A stretch of 60,895 bases of DNA, from assembly GCA_035285125.1 (NCBI GenBank), contig JAYKHR010000117.1:1-60895 (forward strand), written 5' to 3'. The first letter of the stretch is position 1. Each line of letters opens with the position of its first letter. The stretch is from Candidatus Sericytochromatia bacterium (GTDB lineage Bacteria > Cyanobacteriota > Sericytochromatia > S15B-MN24 > JAQBPE01). The notes beneath the pieces were generated by a model. It did no database searches. It was not told the origin of the DNA and saw nothing but the letters and a program-made list of their open reading frames with translations. Positions 57,887 to 60,895 of this stretch are shown here, piece after piece. Position numbers and translations under genes: made by a program.

Positions 57887-59080
57887 TCAGCGGTTCCTGA
57901 TCACGTAGGTGCGCTTGTCCTGCTTCGTGGGGCCGTTCTTGTAGAAGGCCTTCGCCACGACCTCCACCTTGCCGTCCTTCCGGCCGTTCGTGGGCCAGTC
58001 GGTCTCGAACGGGGCCTTCTTCAGGACACTGTACTTCTTGCCACCGACGTAGACCTCGACGCGGTCGATGGCCGCCGGCGTGGCCACCTGCAGCCTGATC
58101 TCCTGGAAGCCGCTCAGCTTCTGGGCCTTGGGCGCCACGATGGCCACTTGGGCCTTGCCCGTGAAGGGCGCGGGCTTCTTGGCCGCCCCGCCGCCGCCGG
58201 CGATGAACCACCACGCGGCGCCAGCCACCAACCCGACCAGCGCCAGGCCACCCAGGGCCATCCCGATAAGCTTCGGGTCGAAGCCGGCTGACTTGGGCTT
58301 GGCGACGGGCTTCTTGGGGCCGCCCCCGGCCTTCTTGGCCCCGCCGCTCTTCTTCGCCCCGCCAGGCTTGCGCGGCCTCGCCGCGGCCGCAGCCGCCTCG
58401 CTGGCCTCGTAAGCCTCGAGCCCCTCGTGGATGCCGCCGCGGTCGATGTAGCTGGCCGCGAAGTCCATGCCCGCCTCGTAGCCGAGGTCGGACACCTGCT
58501 GCGTCGCGGGTTCCTCTCGGACGGCCCGGCCGCCAGGGTCCGCCTTGCAGGCCGCACACGTCGTGCCCGACGGCAGGCAAGCCATGCAGTAGGGTTGGAA
58601 GCAGTTCAAGCACTGGATTTCAGCCACCACGTCGCCGTGGTAGGAGCACATCACCAGGGGCTCCGGGGCCACCTCCGCGTCGGCACCGGCGACCCCGGCG
58701 AGGAAATCGTCAAAGCCCGTGACCGGGGCGCCGAAGCCCGCCTCGCCAGCCTCGGGCGCGGTCTCAAAGCCACCAGCCCCCCCCGAAAAGTCGTCGCCGC
58801 CACCGGGGAAGGGCGCTTCCTGCGCCTGACCGGGGAACCCCTCGAAGCCGGACCCCGCCGGAAAGGGTTCGACGGGGATGGACTCGTAGTCGGGCGGCAA
58901 CGCCGCCACGCCAGCCTCGACGGGTCGGGGCGCCGGGCCGCCAGCGGGCGGCCCATGCACGGCACAGTGGCCGCAGCGCTGCAGGCTGCCCTCGAGGCGG
59001 CAGGCGTCGCAAACGTCCTGCCCGCAGTCCGGGCAGACAAACTTCGCGCGGGCGTCAGGATGGTAGTAACAAGTGGCCAT
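57887..59080 (-). CDS. Double B-box-like zinc finger, TM and Ig-like domain protein (paralog)
   Basis: ATG at 59080: CYYH..CPDC..CDAC..CGHC and CSYH..CLNC..CMAC..CAAC; TM; KAPFETDWP domain. Confidence 0.75.
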   Translation of the reverse strand: MATCYYHPDARAKFVCPDCGQDVCDACRLEGSLQRCGHCAVHGPPAGGPAPRPVEAGVAALPPDYESIPVEPFPAGSGFEGFPGQAQEAPFPGGGDDFSGGAGGFETAPEAGEAGFGAPVTGFDDFLAGVAGADAEVAPEPLVMCSYHGDVVAEIQCLNCFQPYCMACLPSGTTCAACKADPGGRAVREEPATQQVSDLGYEAGMDFAASYIDRGGIHEGLEAYEASEAAAAAARPRKPGGAKKSGGAKKAGGGPKKPVAKPKSAGFDPKLIGMALGGLALVGLVAGAAWWFIAGGGGAAKKPAPFTGKAQVAIVAPKAQKLSGFQEIRLQVATPAAIDRVEVYVGGKKYSVLKKAPFETDWPTNGRKDGKVEVVAKAFYKNGPTKQDKRTYVIRNR

Positions 59081-59332
59081 GCGATGGTTCAAAGACGTTG
59101 CGCACGCCCCCATCATTCCCCGGCAAGGCCTCCATCCCACACGTGCCCCCCCCCCCACAAGATCGTGGCCGCCCTGCGAGGCCAGGCGGGGCGCCGCCTG
59201 CGCGCCTTGGCGTCGCTGGCGCGGGCGATGTGCCTGGTGGTAAGATGGGCCCGTTCGCCCGCCCGCGCCGCGCGCCACAGACGCCAGAACCGTCAGGGCG
59301 TGCGTGCGGTCCACGACGTCGAGGAAGCCGCC

Positions 59333-60685
59333 GTGTTCAAAAAGGTTCTCATCGCCAACCGCGGCGAAATCGCCGTGCGGGTGCTTGCCGCGTGTCGGCA
59401 ACTGGGCATCGACGCCGTCACCGTGCACTCCGAGGCAGACGCGCGTGCGCCGCATGCCCTGGAAGCGACGGAGAGCGTCCTCATCGGCCCCGCTCCTGTG
59501 CCGCAGAGCTACCTGAACGTCGAGCGGATCCTGGCGGTGGCCGCCGAGACCGGCTGCGACGCCGTGCACCCCGGTTACGGCCTGCTCTCCGAGAACCCGA
59601 CGTTTGCGCGGCGCTGCGCCGAGGTGGGCCTCACGTTCATCGGCCCCTCCCCCGACGTCATCGCCGCGATGGGCTCCAAGACGCAGGCCCGCGAGACGAT
59701 GGCCGCCCACGGGTTGCCCGTGGTGCCCGGGTCTCCCGGCCCGGCCCGGGACCTGGCCCACGCCGAGGCGATCGCCACCGAGCTGGGCTACCCCGTCATG
59801 CTCAAGGCCGCCGCGGGGGGCGGCGGCATCGGGATGCAGGCGTTGCATGACCCTTCCGAACTCGAGAAAGCCTGGAAGATGGCGACGGCGCGCGCAAAGG
59901 CCTACTTCGGCGACGACACGATGTACGTCGAGAAGCTCATCGTTGAACCGCGCCACATCGAGGTGCAGGTGATGGGCGACCACCACGGCAACGTGGTGCA
60001 CCTCTTCGAGCGCGACTGCTCGGTGCAGCGGCGTCACCAGAAGGTCATCGAGGAGGCCCCCGCGCCCCGGCTGCCAGAGGCCGTGCGGGAGGCCATGGGC
60101 GCTGCGGCAGTGGCTGCGGCCAAGGCGATCGGGTACACGAACGCCGGCACCTTCGAGTTCCTCGTTGACGCCGACCACCAGTTCTACTTCCTCGAGATGA
60201 ACACACGCATCCAGGTGGAGCACCCCGTGACGGAGGCCATCACGGGCGTGGACCTCGTCGCCACCCAGATCCGTGTCGCCGCGGGCGAGCCCCTCCCGTG
60301 GACGCAGCGGGACCTCCGGGTGGACGGGCACGCGGTGGAGGCTCGGGTATACGCCGAGGACCCGCGAACCTTCATGCCCTCGCCGGGCACGATCGCCGGC
60401 CTCACGTGGCCGGCGACGGAGGGGCTGCGCATCGACACCTGGATCACCGGCGAAACCGTCGTGACGCCCCACTACGACCCGATGCTCGCCAAGGTCGTGG
60501 CGCACGGCGCCACCCGCGATGAGGCCATCGGCCGGCTGCGCGAGGCGCTGGCCGCGACACGCATCGAGGGCATCAAGACCAACCTCACGACCCTGGTCGA
60601 CATCCTGTCGCACGAGACCTTCGTCGACGGCCGTCACAGCACCCACTTCGTCGCCACTGCCCTGCAGGGGGCGGCAAGCCGATAG
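59333..60685 (+). CDS. accC: Biotin carboxylase
   Basis: FKKVLIANRGEIAVR; HPGYGLLSEN; ERDCSVQRRHQK; EMNTRIQVEHPVTE. Confidence 0.95.
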   Translation: MFKKVLIANRGEIAVRVLAACRQLGIDAVTVHSEADARAPHALEATESVLIGPAPVPQSYLNVERILAVAAETGCDAVHPGYGLLSENPTFARRCAEVGLTFIGPSPDVIAAMGSKTQARETMAAHGLPVVPGSPGPARDLAHAEAIATELGYPVMLKAAAGGGGIGMQALHDPSELEKAWKMATARAKAYFGDDTMYVEKLIVEPRHIEVQVMGDHHGNVVHLFERDCSVQRRHQKVIEEAPAPRLPEAVREAMGAAAVAAAKAIGYTNAGTFEFLVDADHQFYFLEMNTRIQVEHPVTEAITGVDLVATQIRVAAGEPLPWTQRDLRVDGHAVEARVYAEDPRTFMPSPGTIAGLTWPATEGLRIDTWITGETVVTPHYDPMLAKVVAHGATRDEAIGRLREALAATRIEGIKTNLTTLVDILSHETFVDGRHSTHFVATALQGAASR

Positions 60686-60702
60686 ACCGAGGAGAACCAA
60701 CC

Positions 60703-60895
60703 GTGGCCAACCAGATCAGCGCCAACATGGCCGGGACCGTGCTCGACGTGCTCGTGAAACCGGGCGACGCCGTCACCGAAGGCATGGACGTCGTGTGCAT
60801 CGAGTCGATGAAGATGCAGATGTTCATCCCCTCGGAGTTCGACGGCACGGTGCAAGACGTCAAGGTGGGCGCCGGCGACTTCGTGAACGAAGGCG
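60703..60895 (+). CDS. Biotin carboxyl carrier protein (partial)
   Basis: Manual translation MANQISANMAGTV...IESMKM (biotinyl-lysine motif); AGGAG RBS. Confidence 0.88.
   Translation, partial: MANQISANMAGTVLDVLVKPGDAVTEGMDVVCIESMKMQMFIPSEFDGTVQDVKVGAGDFVNEG

Noticed and set aside
57887..60700. 937-aa ORF read as one fusion protein
   Set aside because: The N-terminal 540 aa is the antisense of accC; the real gene starts at ATG 59080. Similar over-extension affects ORFs 3555-5159, 41634-43061 and 32420-33292.

Overview
High-GC bacterial window dominated by motility genes. It holds a Firmicutes-style flagellar set split into two blocks: flaG-fliS-fliT-flgBC-fliEFGHI on + (47.1-55.3 kb), and fliJ-fliK-flgD-TIGR02530-flgE-(FliK-like)-(FlhB-like)-flbD-motAB-fliLMY-cheY-fliOPQR-flhB...flhA on - (32.9-13.3 kb). 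Directly downstream of flhA is a second, divergent module: flgD2, an flgE/G-like gene, a FliM-like gene, a polytopic membrane protein fused to a FliN/SpoA domain, fliN2 and fliO2P2Q2R2. Its FliP has lost the Met gasket (LGMQQ instead of MGMMM). A type IV pilus cluster follows (PilI/PilG-like, pilin, secretin, start of pilC). Between flhB and flhA lie a plant DA1-like LIM-domain zinc peptidase and a probable 6S RNA. Seven mostly flagellar promoters share a CRP-type half-site 21-22 nt upstream of a -10 box, a Crp-family regulator is encoded in the window, and three sigma28-type promoters are visible. Housekeeping genes: dnaJ/cbpA-like, htrA, rmlA/C/B, DUF47-pit with an attenuator-like leader, polA, accC and a biotin carrier. 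No CRISPR array, IS element, tRNA or rRNA was seen. All calls come from motif recognition by eye; no searches were run.
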